Assembly (NCBI GenBank): GCA_963733675.1 | Contig: CAVTET010000006.1 | Coordinates: forward strand, 1 to 64,000 | Direction of reading: 5' to 3' | Source of the DNA: an uncultured Methanosarcinaceae archaeon | GTDB taxonomy: Archaea; Halobacteriota; Methanosarcinia; Methanosarcinales; Methanosarcinaceae | Length of the DNA: 64,000 bases | Translations under genes and position numbers: made by a program | In this document: in pieces, positions 11,579 through 21,898 of the stretch | How positions within the stretch are numbered: the stretch's first letter is position 1 | Layout of the letters: each line of letters begins with the position of its first letter | The notes under the pieces: generated by a model | Databases searched by the model: none | Told to the model about the DNA's origin: nothing | What the model saw: only the letters and a program-made list of their open reading frames with translations

Positions 11579-11760
11579 TCATATATTTCTCTTTTTAGGT
11601 ACTAATATATCCTTGGTTTCTGGCGATAAAACAGTTTGTAATCTGATCGCTTCTCGCCAACGTGCCCAGAGAACAACCAAACCAACAATACCAACCATGC
11701 CATCAACGATGATCACGTCTAGGCCCAAACCAAAAATGGGGGTAAGGACCTGAGGCAGCC
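11579..11760 (-). pseudogene. C-terminal segment of the interrupted PrsW gene
   Basis: GLPQVLTPIFGLGLDVIIVDGMVGIVGLVVLWARWREAIRLQ...NI*. It is on the same strand as prsW, immediately beyond the duplicated block. Confidence 0.7.
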
Positions 11761-12313
11761 AAGCTATAATTCAAACCGAGTGCAATATTATCACCGATTC
11801 TCTGTTGTATTTCCTTAGTGAGCTTCGAAGGACGAATCATGTTAACACCGTTTTTTATTTTTTAAAATTAATATTAGCGAATCTTGTATTTAATATTAAG
11901 TTAGTTTTGTTCTGCATAAGAAGCGGGGATTATACGCTTCAAATCAAAAATGAGCAATTTTCCAGCTCTGTGGGCTATTATTTTGAGTAGAGTAATGTAA
12001 TTTGTTCAATAGACTTCCAATAAAAGACTCCCTATTAGCCTCAGAGTGAGTCGTTTTTGACCAATTTCATTTCCCATGATTTGTTGGCGTGGCACGGTAA
12101 ATACCTTCGAGATATTTTTCATATATTTTCATTTTCTAATAAATATATAACTTAGGTTGGATGTATATTTCTTAGATTTTGGATGATCGTCCATATATGA
12201 ATAATGCTATTTATTTAAAATTTTACTAAAACGAGTAGGTAAGCTCCAATTACTTAAAGGTTAATATGGAGTCTACCATCCTTGCTTTCCCGAAACAGCA
12301 CGCTGATTAAACT
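11754..12313 (-). repeat. 560-bp inverted repeat, copy 2 (leader plus first 29 codons of the TerS-like gene, copy C)
   Basis: Reverse complement of 6396..6955. Confidence 0.95.
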
Positions 12314-12895
12314 CGCTGTCCATGTTCCTTGGCCCAGTGGGGAAAGCAGACCACGGATCAAGGTCACTATCACTGTGGCTGAAATGCTTCCGTTGCTTAC
12401 CAAGAAGGCAGTAAAGGCATAACCGCTGCTTTCGAGGGCCGCAAACCCCATTCCAGCCGCCGCACCCAAGATCAAACCATCCATTTCCAAGTCACGCCTT
12501 AAGTTGCGTGTAATCAACAGTACTCCTAGAATTTTGACAAATTCTTCTATGAATCCTACTTTTAGAACTGAGACAAGATCCAACTGACGGATAAAAAATG
12601 GTTCTAGTATAGAAGCTGCGATTACCCCTACCAGCCCACCAAATATGAAAGTCTGGGATATTTTTGGCAAGGTTAGTTGGCTGAAATGCCTACGCTCGTA
12701 AAAGAATGCTACATAGGCAAGTGGGACCATAAAGCTGCCGACCATTACCAAGATTGGAAACAGATTCGAATTATGCGTTAGTAGCAAAGCCGCCAGTAAG
12801 ATAATATAGAAATCTACTGCAATGGCTAAAACTTTTAACCAGGCATTTCGCTGGACCACTTGTACAGGTGGCTGGATTTCTGTTGTGTTGTCCAT
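12254..12895 (-). pseudogene. PrsW-family intramembrane glutamic protease, N-terminal part (interrupted)
   Basis: GFIEEFVK, DGLILGAAAGMGFAALES and IRGLLSPLG.GTWT motifs. The final HxxWD motif region is missing. Confidence 0.85.
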
Positions 12896-13261
12896 AATTT
12901 TGTCTTTATGTGATATTTTTATCTTACCCAGTCAATTGAATTTCTCATGATCCATTTACTATATAGTGAGGAAATTGTCTCCCCGATTTTCAGGGTTGAA
13001 GTAGCCCCTAATCGGTACAATGTCCTTAGTGAGTCGATTGATTTAACGTAGTGTTTTCTGACATAGTTGGCTATCGACTGCCACATATTTTGCATCAACT
13101 GTTACATTGCGTAACCAACAATAGAAACATTTACTGTGGGATGGCTAGAATCCAGCAATGGATAACTAGTTCTCTGAATTCTTGTCAATCTATCATGTCT
13201 ATGAATCTGCAATAAAAACAACTACAGAGTTTAGTCATCAAATAGGCAATAAATTGATCTC

Positions 13262-14017
13262 TCAACGAGTTATTGGATTAATATCCCTTAGCAATTTAAT
13301 TTCGCCGCGTCGATAGTTTCGTAATAACCAGAGACCATAAACGAAAAGCGCCAGAGATAGTGGGATCAATACCATATCCCAAATGGAATTTATCAGAAAT
13401 GACAGGCAATCCCACAACCAATGAATTATAATTACCGGAATAATTGTGTTTAGACGGATTCTCAAAGCTACAGCCCAGATGCCAAACGTACCTGCAAAAA
13501 GAGCCTGAATTATACTATCTCTAAAATCTCCGGTGATTAAGCTGTTTAATATATGGACTGAACCAAAAATAATCGCTGTGATCCATACTGCACGCCAAAT
13601 CCCAAATGATGATGAAGCCCCATAGAATAATATGCCACGAAACATCAATTCCTCGTTGATTCCAACCATCAAGGTATTGATGATTACAATCATAAGAACA
13701 CTGAATGAGGGTAGATTGGCATATAAAACAATTATTAACATGAATAGAAGCGATAGAGCTGGTGGCCACAACAAACGTAAATCTCGTAAATTATTTGGGC
13801 TTTTCCACCCAACTTGAGGCCACCATCTCAAATAAGTAATAACTCCAGTCAAAAAGACAATTTCAACTAACTCTCCAAACATGATTTGTTTTTCAACTAA
13901 TCTTTCAAGTTGAATGTGATGTCCCTTAATTTGTAGGAGTCCTCCTATCACTATAAAACTTAGCCAAACTGTAAATATTACAAGTGAAATAGGCCAAAAT
14001 TTTCGTGATACATTCAT
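13262..14017 (-). CDS. CPBP (CAAX protease/Abi) family intramembrane metalloprotease
   Basis: GINEELMFRG, FGSVH and IIHWLWD motifs; multiple TM helices. Confidence 0.9.
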   Translation of the reverse strand: MNVSRKFWPISLVIFTVWLSFIVIGGLLQIKGHHIQLERLVEKQIMFGELVEIVFLTGVITYLRWWPQVGWKSPNNLRDLRLLWPPALSLLFMLIIVLYANLPSFSVLMIVIINTLMVGINEELMFRGILFYGASSSFGIWRAVWITAIIFGSVHILNSLITGDFRDSIIQALFAGTFGIWAVALRIRLNTIIPVIIIHWLWDCLSFLINSIWDMVLIPLSLALFVYGLWLLRNYRRGEIKLLRDINPITR

Positions 14018-14200
14018 TTTTGTTTTCTCCAATCTGATCGTACCACATCCATTTTTGAAAAAAGTTGATTCTAACATTCTGGATTCCAAATTATGATAAC
14101 ACACAAAACTATGCACATTACCTTATTATCAATTCTGAAAAATCTAAATTGGTTTCCAGAAAGTTTACTCTCTGGTAGAAATTGATTTGTTTGGTGGACT

Positions 14201-14690
14201 TTATTCTTCTGCAAAGGTTGCACGCATCTTTTCTTCTTCTTCCTTTGACAGGTTGGTAGCAATGACTTCAAACTTGGATTTTTTCATAGCCTCTACTACC
14301 CTATCTTCTACGGCATCGCTAGTCATAAGGAAAAGAGCTGAAGTTCCTTCAGTCACTTTGCTACGGATAGATTTTATGAAATCTTCATCGATCCCCACAT
14401 GTTTCATTGAACCCACTACTGCACCTAACGCAGCCCCGGCAGCTAGACCAACCAAAGGAATAAAGAATAGAATCCCGAATAATAATCCCCAAAAAGCGCC
14501 GCTCAGCGCACCTATGCGAGTTAAATTGGTCAAATGCGTAGTTTTTGGTTTATTTTTTTCCCTCCGGCCATGTGACGATAGCAGCATCGTGTAGTTTTAT
14601 CATTTGTCGTTTACTTAAGTCCTCAATTACTTCAAGTTCATTTTCTGCACCATCAGCGGTGTTAAACTTAAAAACTGTTAAAGTTGCCAT
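14201..14690 (-). pseudogene. DUF1269 glycine-zipper membrane protein, one frameshift at ~14555
   Basis: MATLTVFKF...HDAAIVTWPEGK / KPKT...GALSGAFWGLLFG...GIDEDFIK...GTSALF. There is one extra A in a homopolymer, possibly a sequencing error. Confidence 0.85.
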
Positions 14691-15327
14691 TACTAAATCT
14701 CCTTTTCTGCATTCGTATTTACTTCTTAATTTATCATACCACACAGCCGATCTTTCTCATCTTTTTGATCGATTCTGTCTACGTTACAATATTTAATTAT
14801 ACACGTAGTTATTTTAAATTAATTATATGAAAAATAGTTTCCTGACAAAAAAAATAATCCTACATAAAATTTTCATCAATAAAAAATTTAAATATTAATA
14901 ATATTTTTAATTATTTCCAATCATGCATAACCTAAATTAGATTTTTCTTAAAAATCAATCTAGATTCATTTTTTAAGATGTTAGTTTTTTTAGGTGGAAA
15001 ATTTATACTATCACTTTCTAAATGACCGTGTATCAAAAACTCTGGTCGAGAAAATCTGATCGACTTTGCACACTTTTTACTTGTCATAAATTATCAAATA
15101 AATACTAAATAAATGTGCTATTTATTGCTTTTTAATTATCTTAATAAAACTTACTCACCTAAACTTCAACATCATCAATTTTGTCAATATGACCTAATTT
15201 TAATTAATTTTTATTGCATCCTTCCAATCAAAACTATTTTAATTTATTTTAGTAGTATTGGGATTTACGCATTTGAAGTACAAAATAAATAGCATTAGAT
15301 CCCTAATTTTCTAAAATTTAATTCTTA

Positions 15328-16029
15328 CTATGATGTTAAAAATGTACCTGAAGAACCCTTATCTTGGGAATCCTTATCATGACAATTCTTGAATCCATCA
15401 ATGTAGCCTCGTTTGTACTCTTGGTTGTACTTTATATTGTACCCATCAGCATATCCCTTATCATAGGGAATATTGCTCCTGGATGCTATACTGATATTTA
15501 TGTTCCCTCCATTATTAGGTAATCCAGTCCTGCAATCTTTATGTCCAGCTGTATTTCCGTCGTTATATCCAACATTTGTTGCTTCAGTTGCTCCAACCGC
15601 GTATCCGTCCGAATAGGTTATAGCTATAGGATTGAGACCTTGAAAACCTTTGCTTTGACAATCTTTGTATCCGTCAATATATCCTTGTTTGTACTCTAGT
15701 TTGTATTTCATATTTTAGCCATCAGCGTATCCGATATCGTAGGCAGCATCGCTCTTGGGTTCCAAGTGGATGTTTATATTGCCCCCATTATTAGCCAATT
15801 CATTCTCACAATCATTAAATCCCGCGGCATTTCCGGCTATGTAGCCAGCGTTATTTGCATCATTTGCTCCGATTGCGTATGCGTAATTATAATTTTGTTT
15901 AGACTCTGATCCCCACCGCAGATTCAACGAAGCGTTTGTAAATGTAGCTGTCAATGATATTACAACAAAAAATACTAACAAAAAGCACACTACTTTTTTT
16001 ACCCCAAAAAACGTTTGCTTATCTCTCAT
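15328..16029 (-). pseudogene. Secreted protein with YxxGYxxG repeats, split by an in-frame TAA at 15715-15717
   Basis: Signal-peptide-like N-terminus. The two ORFs are in the same frame (GYADG*NMKY versus the repeat GYADGYNIKY). Confidence 0.7.
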
Positions 16030-16688
16030 TCCATCACCAGGTGTTTTGCATCAGATATGTTTTTATAACAATTTGCTTGCTGACCGACTGTTAGCTATTA
16101 AGAAAACTTTCTCTGCAGATCTACCGCATGAATGTATATTACCATCAAATCGTGAAGAATGAATGATTTTGGTAGTCATTTATAGAGTTAACAATATTCC
16201 TTAAAACAGTGCTTTTTGATTTGTAATCTATAAGTAGTTAAATATACTATTCTGATTATATCCAATTACTATAAATATTCTCTACTTTATTTCTAATTTT
16301 TGATATGAAAAAAGATATGCAAGCAAAAATTACATTTACAAATTAAATATGATAAATGCTTATAATTCTTGAGATAAGTGCCAATTTACCTATTTATATC
16401 AAAATAGATTCTCAAATAAATAATAATTTTAAGCATAAATTGACAAATAAATCTTAAAATTAATTTAATTGTTCATTTAAAGTGTCAAAATATACTAAAA
16501 TAAATTAAAGAGTAAGTATAATTACATCACTCTTAGCTAAAAATAATCAAATAAATTACAAGGCTAAATATTTCATGGAAATTATCCTGTTCTCTTTCTA
16601 GTCTCGATCTTGATCAAGGTCCAGACCACCGTTTCTTTCAGAACAATTATAACCTCTAAACCATCGTCCAAATATGCACGCTAAAATC

Positions 16689-17466
16689 TCATAGCCAACA
16701 AAACCCAAGGACAAGATAGAGCATCAGTTCTGTATAGGGACTTACTAGCATGTACGAAGATATATGAATAGGTTTTATACCAAAAATAATACTGGAGACA
16801 AGGGTTGCGAAAACTGAGGAGATTACTACCGGAATAAAAGTACTGGTTTCAAGTTCCCCATAAATCACTTCTACAACAAAGACAACGTCAGCAAGCGGAG
16901 CACAAAATGCTACTGCTATATCACTAGCAGCACCGCATCCAAGAAGAACCTGCAGCTGTCTTTCTGGACTTTTTAGAATTCTACGAACCAAAGACCTGTT
17001 CCGGCTAGGACTCCAGGAGCCTCTTTTCCCAGTGAACCCCCATAAATGATAGTGATTATTGACGTGAATGTTCCTAACAAGGTATCAACAAGATTAAGCT
17101 TTGATCCACGTAGAGTTACCGTTTCAATAAGACCTTTAACTCCATACTGCTTTTTTATTAGAAAATAAGAGATTATTCCAACCAACAGCTCTCCCAGGGA
17201 GGTATGAATATTACATAATAATAGGGAAACTCGTGTACCGAAAATCCTCGCTGCATTCCAAAAAAAGCATTACTGTATTGAAGTGCACGATAGTATACTC
17301 CTACCACCAATCCAGTGAGAAGGCCAATTATGATTGCAGTCGAGTCTATTTTTGCGGATTCGATATCAAATCTTCGGGTGATGGATTTAATTATTCTGGA
17401 ATATTCCTGTATAATATTGAATTTAAATTTGGACTCTGTATCAACTTCCAAATACTCGTGCTTCAT
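16689..17466 (-). pseudogene. ClC chloride channel/antiporter remnant
   Basis: GGSLGKEAP, LLGCGAAS.IAVAF.APL...VFVVEV. It is broken into three frameshifted fragments and the C-terminal half is missing. Confidence 0.9.
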
Positions 17467-18150
17467 GGAGACTATTTAAGCTCCAAAGTTTCTTTATATA
17501 TAAATAAAGCCTGTTATTTCCTTTGATATAACTCTGCTCCAATATTTTAATTTTATCATAAAGATTTTGAGCACCTATTTATTCGAATTTTAAGACAGCC
17601 TCTAAGTTCAACCGCATAAATCTTATCCTCTTCTAACAGACTTTCAATTAAAGGAAAACAAGCACAAGCAATAGGTGGTACATATGCTTCATAAACATAA
17701 CATATTCCAAAAGATGCAGGAATATGGGACATACCATCGATAATCCCACGTAAATTCAAAAAATAGTGAAAAAAACATAGGCAAATGCTACTAAATCCTT
17801 ATGATCTCAATTTTTAATTTAGAATAATTCGAGAAAAGTTTTTAATAAAAATCGCATCTTAATCGCATGTCGCTATATATTCCTTTGATGATAATTAAAG
17901 GGGCCGAATTTATTCAATTTCCCTTTATGGCTTTTTTTGGAAAACCCAATAAATTTAATGACCCTAGGATCTATTTCGTAAAGTCTAACATATTTCCCAC
18001 TGTCAACGCATGAGAACATTACATTAAACCAATCAGTGACCTATTCCTCATTTATATCTTACTACTAGATAGTTAACCTACATTTGAATAAGTGGGCATC
18101 ATGCACTGTAATCATGGACAACAGTCAGTATCATAATTAAAAAATTAAAT

Positions 18151-18224
18151 TATATTGTATCATATTGTATTATATTGTATTATATTGTATTATATTATAT
18201 TGCATTATATTATACTATATTATA
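18151..18224. repeat. AT-rich tandem repeat (TATATTGTAT 10-mer / TATWR 5-mer units)
   Basis: tatattgtat catattgtat tatattgtat tatattgtat tatattatat... Confidence 0.85.
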
Positions 18225-19058
18225 CACATAATAAAAAACGTTTGTTTAATATAATAACTCATGTGTTTGTGTAGAGCTTTAAGTCTGTGAGTGGGAAGTG
18301 CTAGTTACAAAATGGTGAACAAAAGGTAATGTATAGAAGCTACTATCAGACTACAATTCTTGCTATGAATTACTTTTTTATGTATTTAAAGTTCAAATAA
18401 ATTCTTTTGATTCTTTTAAACAATATGCATTCGCATTTTTTCGTCAAATTTAATTCTCAAATAAATGCCAATTTTTGACCTAACATGACGAATAAATCCC
18501 AAAGTTAATTTGATTTATTTAGTAGAAATGCCTAATAATACCAAATTAAATCGAGTAATTAGCATAAAAAGCCATAATCAGCGAAAAATCATCAAAAAAA
18601 TCGCAACAGCTAACATATCCACGTAAACCTCATTAGCTGTGTAATGTTCTCTATCATGATCTCTAACATGGTTACCACGGTCACCAAAACCATCTACCAA
18701 ATATGCGGTCTAAGACCCTTTACCCACAAAGCCCATATAACTCACTTTAGAGACTCCGTAATCGATTTTTTGGCGATTAGTTTACTTATCCGTGCCATCG
18801 AATGAGAACTTTACCTTGGGCCATCAGTGGCTTAGCCTTCTTTATATTCACGATTATAATGTTTATGCACCTATCTTTATTAACTCATAATATGCAGAAT
18901 GACTAGGTTAGGTGATTTATGAGATGATTAATCCCCTTATTTTGCCTACATTACTTCAAAAAATTTATATTCACTCAATTTTTCCTTGCGGCTCTATAAG
19001 CTCCCAAAGTCTTATCCAGTAGCAAGCTGTTGGGTATTTGACTAAAATAAAGAAAGTA

Positions 19059-20390
19059 TTAGGTTTTTCTCTTTACTAGAAGTACTTCCTTTTCTTTTCC
19101 AATAATTTCAACTTTTTCTTTAATTCCTATTTCCTCTTCAGATCTAGCTTGCCAGTATTCTCCATTATACCGGACAAATCCTGACTTTCCTTGTCCCAGA
19201 GGATCTATTGTTTGGGCTGTATCACCTATGATTGTTCCTATAACTGGCTTTTTCTTTCGGATTTCGGTTACTTTATAAATTGCGAAGACAAGGAAAAGCC
19301 CGAAGACAATCGTAGGGATGACAACTGTCAAAGTCATAAGCCTCCTGAATTCTGGAGTATAGATATTTTCATCTCCAATAGGTACAAGGAGTACACTTCC
19401 TATTATAAGGCTGATGAAACCGGCAAACCCGATAATTCCGAAGCCTGGAATCTTAATTTCCAGGATCAGAAGCCCGACCCCTATAATTATAAGGAAGATT
19501 GCACCCACATTGATATTAAAACCTGTACCTACTAACCCAAGTACTATCGCAATGATTCCAAAAACTTCTACCCCTGATCCAAGATTTGAAATTCCAAAGA
19601 TGATCCCATAAAGCCCAATGATTAGGAGAAGAGAAGAGAGAATTGGATTTGAGATTAGCTCCAAGAAAGCTAGAGAAAGAGAAGGTTCATAGTTTTCAAT
19701 GCTGAAGCTTTCAGTTCTGAGAATCTTTCCTTTCACAACCTTCCCGTTGATCTGGGTCAACAAATCGGAGATAGAAGAAGCTATATATTCTATTACACCT
19801 GCATCTAGTGCTTCTTGCGCATCAAGATTTTTGTTTTTGGTTATAACTTCTTCTGCAAATGTCTCATTTCTTAGGTGTTTACTGGCAATTGTAACCGAAT
19901 ATTTGACAAGGGCATTTATTATTTTTTCGTCTTCGATGGGTTTTGTTCCCTCTGCAGATATCTGCACTGGCTGCGCTGAACCAATCACAGTGAAAGGAGC
20001 CATTGCAGCAATATCAGTTCCCATCAAAATAAAAGTACCAGCTGACCAAGCTTTCCCACCCTCAGGCACATATCCAATAACAGGAACCCTTGTATTCCCA
20101 ATTCTCTTTATGATTGCCTGTGTTTCTTCCAACCCTCCTCCAGGTGTGTCAAGGCTAATTACAAAAGCTTCAAAGCCTTCATTTTCAGCTTTCGAGATTG
20201 CATTAGCTATGATATCACCTGAAGCCGGGGTGATGGCTCCTGAAATTTTAAGCACAAGCACCTTATTGTCAGATCCTGCCCCAGCAACATGAGCAAAGAC
20301 GGCTATAAGAATGGAGCATAAGAATAAAACAAAGAGTGAACTTATAACCCTTCCCATAAGCATGTTTGTCGGCTCTTTTTTGTTCATCAC
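19059..20390 (-). CDS. nfeD: NfeD membrane-bound serine protease (long form)
   Basis: LDTPGG, AWSAG and IGSAQP ClpP-like motifs, a TM domain and a C-terminal OB fold (GFVRYNGEYWQARS). Confidence 0.92.
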   Translation of the reverse strand: MMNKKEPTNMLMGRVISSLFVLFLCSILIAVFAHVAGAGSDNKVLVLKISGAITPASGDIIANAISKAENEGFEAFVISLDTPGGGLEETQAIIKRIGNTRVPVIGYVPEGGKAWSAGTFILMGTDIAAMAPFTVIGSAQPVQISAEGTKPIEDEKIINALVKYSVTIASKHLRNETFAEEVITKNKNLDAQEALDAGVIEYIASSISDLLTQINGKVVKGKILRTESFSIENYEPSLSLAFLELISNPILSSLLLIIGLYGIIFGISNLGSGVEVFGIIAIVLGLVGTGFNINVGAIFLIIIGVGLLILEIKIPGFGIIGFAGFISLIIGSVLLVPIGDENIYTPEFRRLMTLTVVIPTIVFGLFLVFAIYKVTEIRKKKPVIGTIIGDTAQTIDPLGQGKSGFVRYNGEYWQARSEEEIGIKEKVEIIGKEKEVLLVKRKT

Positions 20391-20415
20391 TTTCCTTCGT
20401 ACTCTTGTTTCACCT

Positions 20416-21195
20416 TTATTGCTCTTTCTTTTTAGAAATAGCCTGAGATAAGGCTGCTATGTTTCCGGTTTCAAGGGCTTGAAACTGAGTAATCACTATT
20501 AGATTCTTTTCCCTAGCAATCTCAGCAAGAGTCTGCAATTCCCTAAGTTTGATCGCTGTAGGTACTCCCTGATAGAAAGCTGCTGCTTCCGACATTTTTT
20601 GGCCAGCTTGAGATTCTCCTTCTGCAAGGATTATTCTTGAACGCTTTTCTCTCTCGGCTTCAGCTTGTTTGGCAATTGCTCTTTTCATTGTATCCGGCAA
20701 GGATACATCCCTAATCGTAACCCCTGTAACTTTAATTCCCCAAGGGTCTGTGTACGCATCCAGAAGTCCCTGAATTCGCTTGTTGATACTTTCTCTCTCT
20801 GAAAGCAGCCCATCAAGTTCCATCTGACCTAGCACATCCCTAAGTGTTGTCTGTGAAAGGGCATATGTTGCGAACTTATAATTCTCAACTTGAGTTATAG
20901 CGGCTCCCGGCTCAACTACCTTATAATAAACAACGGCATCGACATCAACCGTAACGTTGTCCCGCGTGATTACTGCCTGTTTAGGAATATCAACTGTAAC
21001 AACTCTAAGGTCTAGTTTAATCACTTTATCGACAAGTGGGATTATCAGGAAAATGCCAGGTCCTTTTACTCCACTAAGACGACCTAGCCTGAAAATAACT
21101 ACCCTCTCATATTCATTGACCATTTTTATAGATTGAGAGAGTATTAAAAATACAACTATTAATGCAGGAAATAAAGAGGCACTGAAATCAACCAT
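20416..21195 (-). CDS. SPFH/stomatin-like (slipin) protein
   Basis: EYERVVIFRLGR, ITRDNV, QTTLRDVLG and QAEAERE; co-oriented with nfeD. Confidence 0.95.
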   Translation of the reverse strand: MVDFSASLFPALIVVFLILSQSIKMVNEYERVVIFRLGRLSGVKGPGIFLIIPLVDKVIKLDLRVVTVDIPKQAVITRDNVTVDVDAVVYYKVVEPGAAITQVENYKFATYALSQTTLRDVLGQMELDGLLSERESINKRIQGLLDAYTDPWGIKVTGVTIRDVSLPDTMKRAIAKQAEAEREKRSRIILAEGESQAGQKMSEAAAFYQGVPTAIKLRELQTLAEIAREKNLIVITQFQALETGNIAALSQAISKKKEQ

Positions 21196-21228
21196 AATCT
21201 ACCACCTCCAGTTTCACAACCTCAAGTT

Positions 21229-21405
21229 TCATAATACTTGTACGAGATTTAACAATACATTTTCAGCAGTTTCTTTCCTTACAACAAGGACTGCTATTTT
21301 TGAGTATTTCACCACTTTTTCTGCTACGCTTCCGATAAGGAATCTCTGAATTGCGGATTTTCCGTGTGAACCCATAACGATAAGATCAATATCGTTTTTT
21401 TCTGC
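21229..21405 (-). pseudogene. Universal stress protein C-terminal half, fused to the DUF1269 copy
   Basis: FAEKNDIDLIVMGSHGKSAIQRFLIGSVAEKVVKYSKIAVLVVR. Confidence 0.85.
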
Positions 21406-21898
21406 AAAGGTTTCACGCAGCTTTTCTTCTTCTTCCTTGGACAAATTGGTAGCAATTATTTCAAAATTTTAGTGCTTCATAGCTTCTACGCTTCATAGCT
21501 TCTACTACCCTATCTTCAACGGCATCGCTAGTCATCAGAAAAAGAGCTAAAGTTCTTTCAGTCACTGTGTTAAGGATATATTTTATGAAATCTTCCTAGA
21601 TCCCCATATGTTTCATTAAACCCACTGCCGCACCTAACGCAGCTCCGACGGTTAGACTAACCAAAGGAATAAAAACGAGAATACCAAATGATAGCCCCCA
21701 AAAAGCGCCGCTCAGTGCACCTGAACCGGTTAAATTAGTCAAATGTTTTATTTTTGGTTTATTTTTTCCCTCAGGCCAGGTGACCACAGCTGCATCTTGT
21801 AATTTTATCATTTGTTGCTTACTTAAAATCCTCAATTACTTCAAGTTCATTTTCGGCACCACTGCGGTGTTAAACTTAAGAACTGTTAGAATTTTCAT
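21400..21898 (-). pseudogene. Second DUF1269 paralog, degenerate
   Basis: Colinear with 14201..14690. It has a frameshift, an in-frame TAG at 21596 and a 16-bp tandem duplication at 21474-21505. Confidence 0.85.

Noticed and set aside
6719-11990. Identical 61-aa ORFs at 6719 (-) and 11805 (+)
   Set aside because: They are antisense to the TerS-like start and leader, and are identical only because of the inverted duplication.
18151-18224. Tandem repeat as a CRISPR array or iteron set
   Set aside because: It has no spacers and is a simple AT-rich microsatellite. No cas genes or arrays were seen anywhere in the window.
3190-21598. In-frame TAG codons (3190, 8193, 21596) as pyrrolysine read-through or TAG recoding
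   Set aside because: Each lies in a gene with other lesions. In-frame TAA/TGA stops are also common, and cimA and the GNAT gene end normally at TAG.
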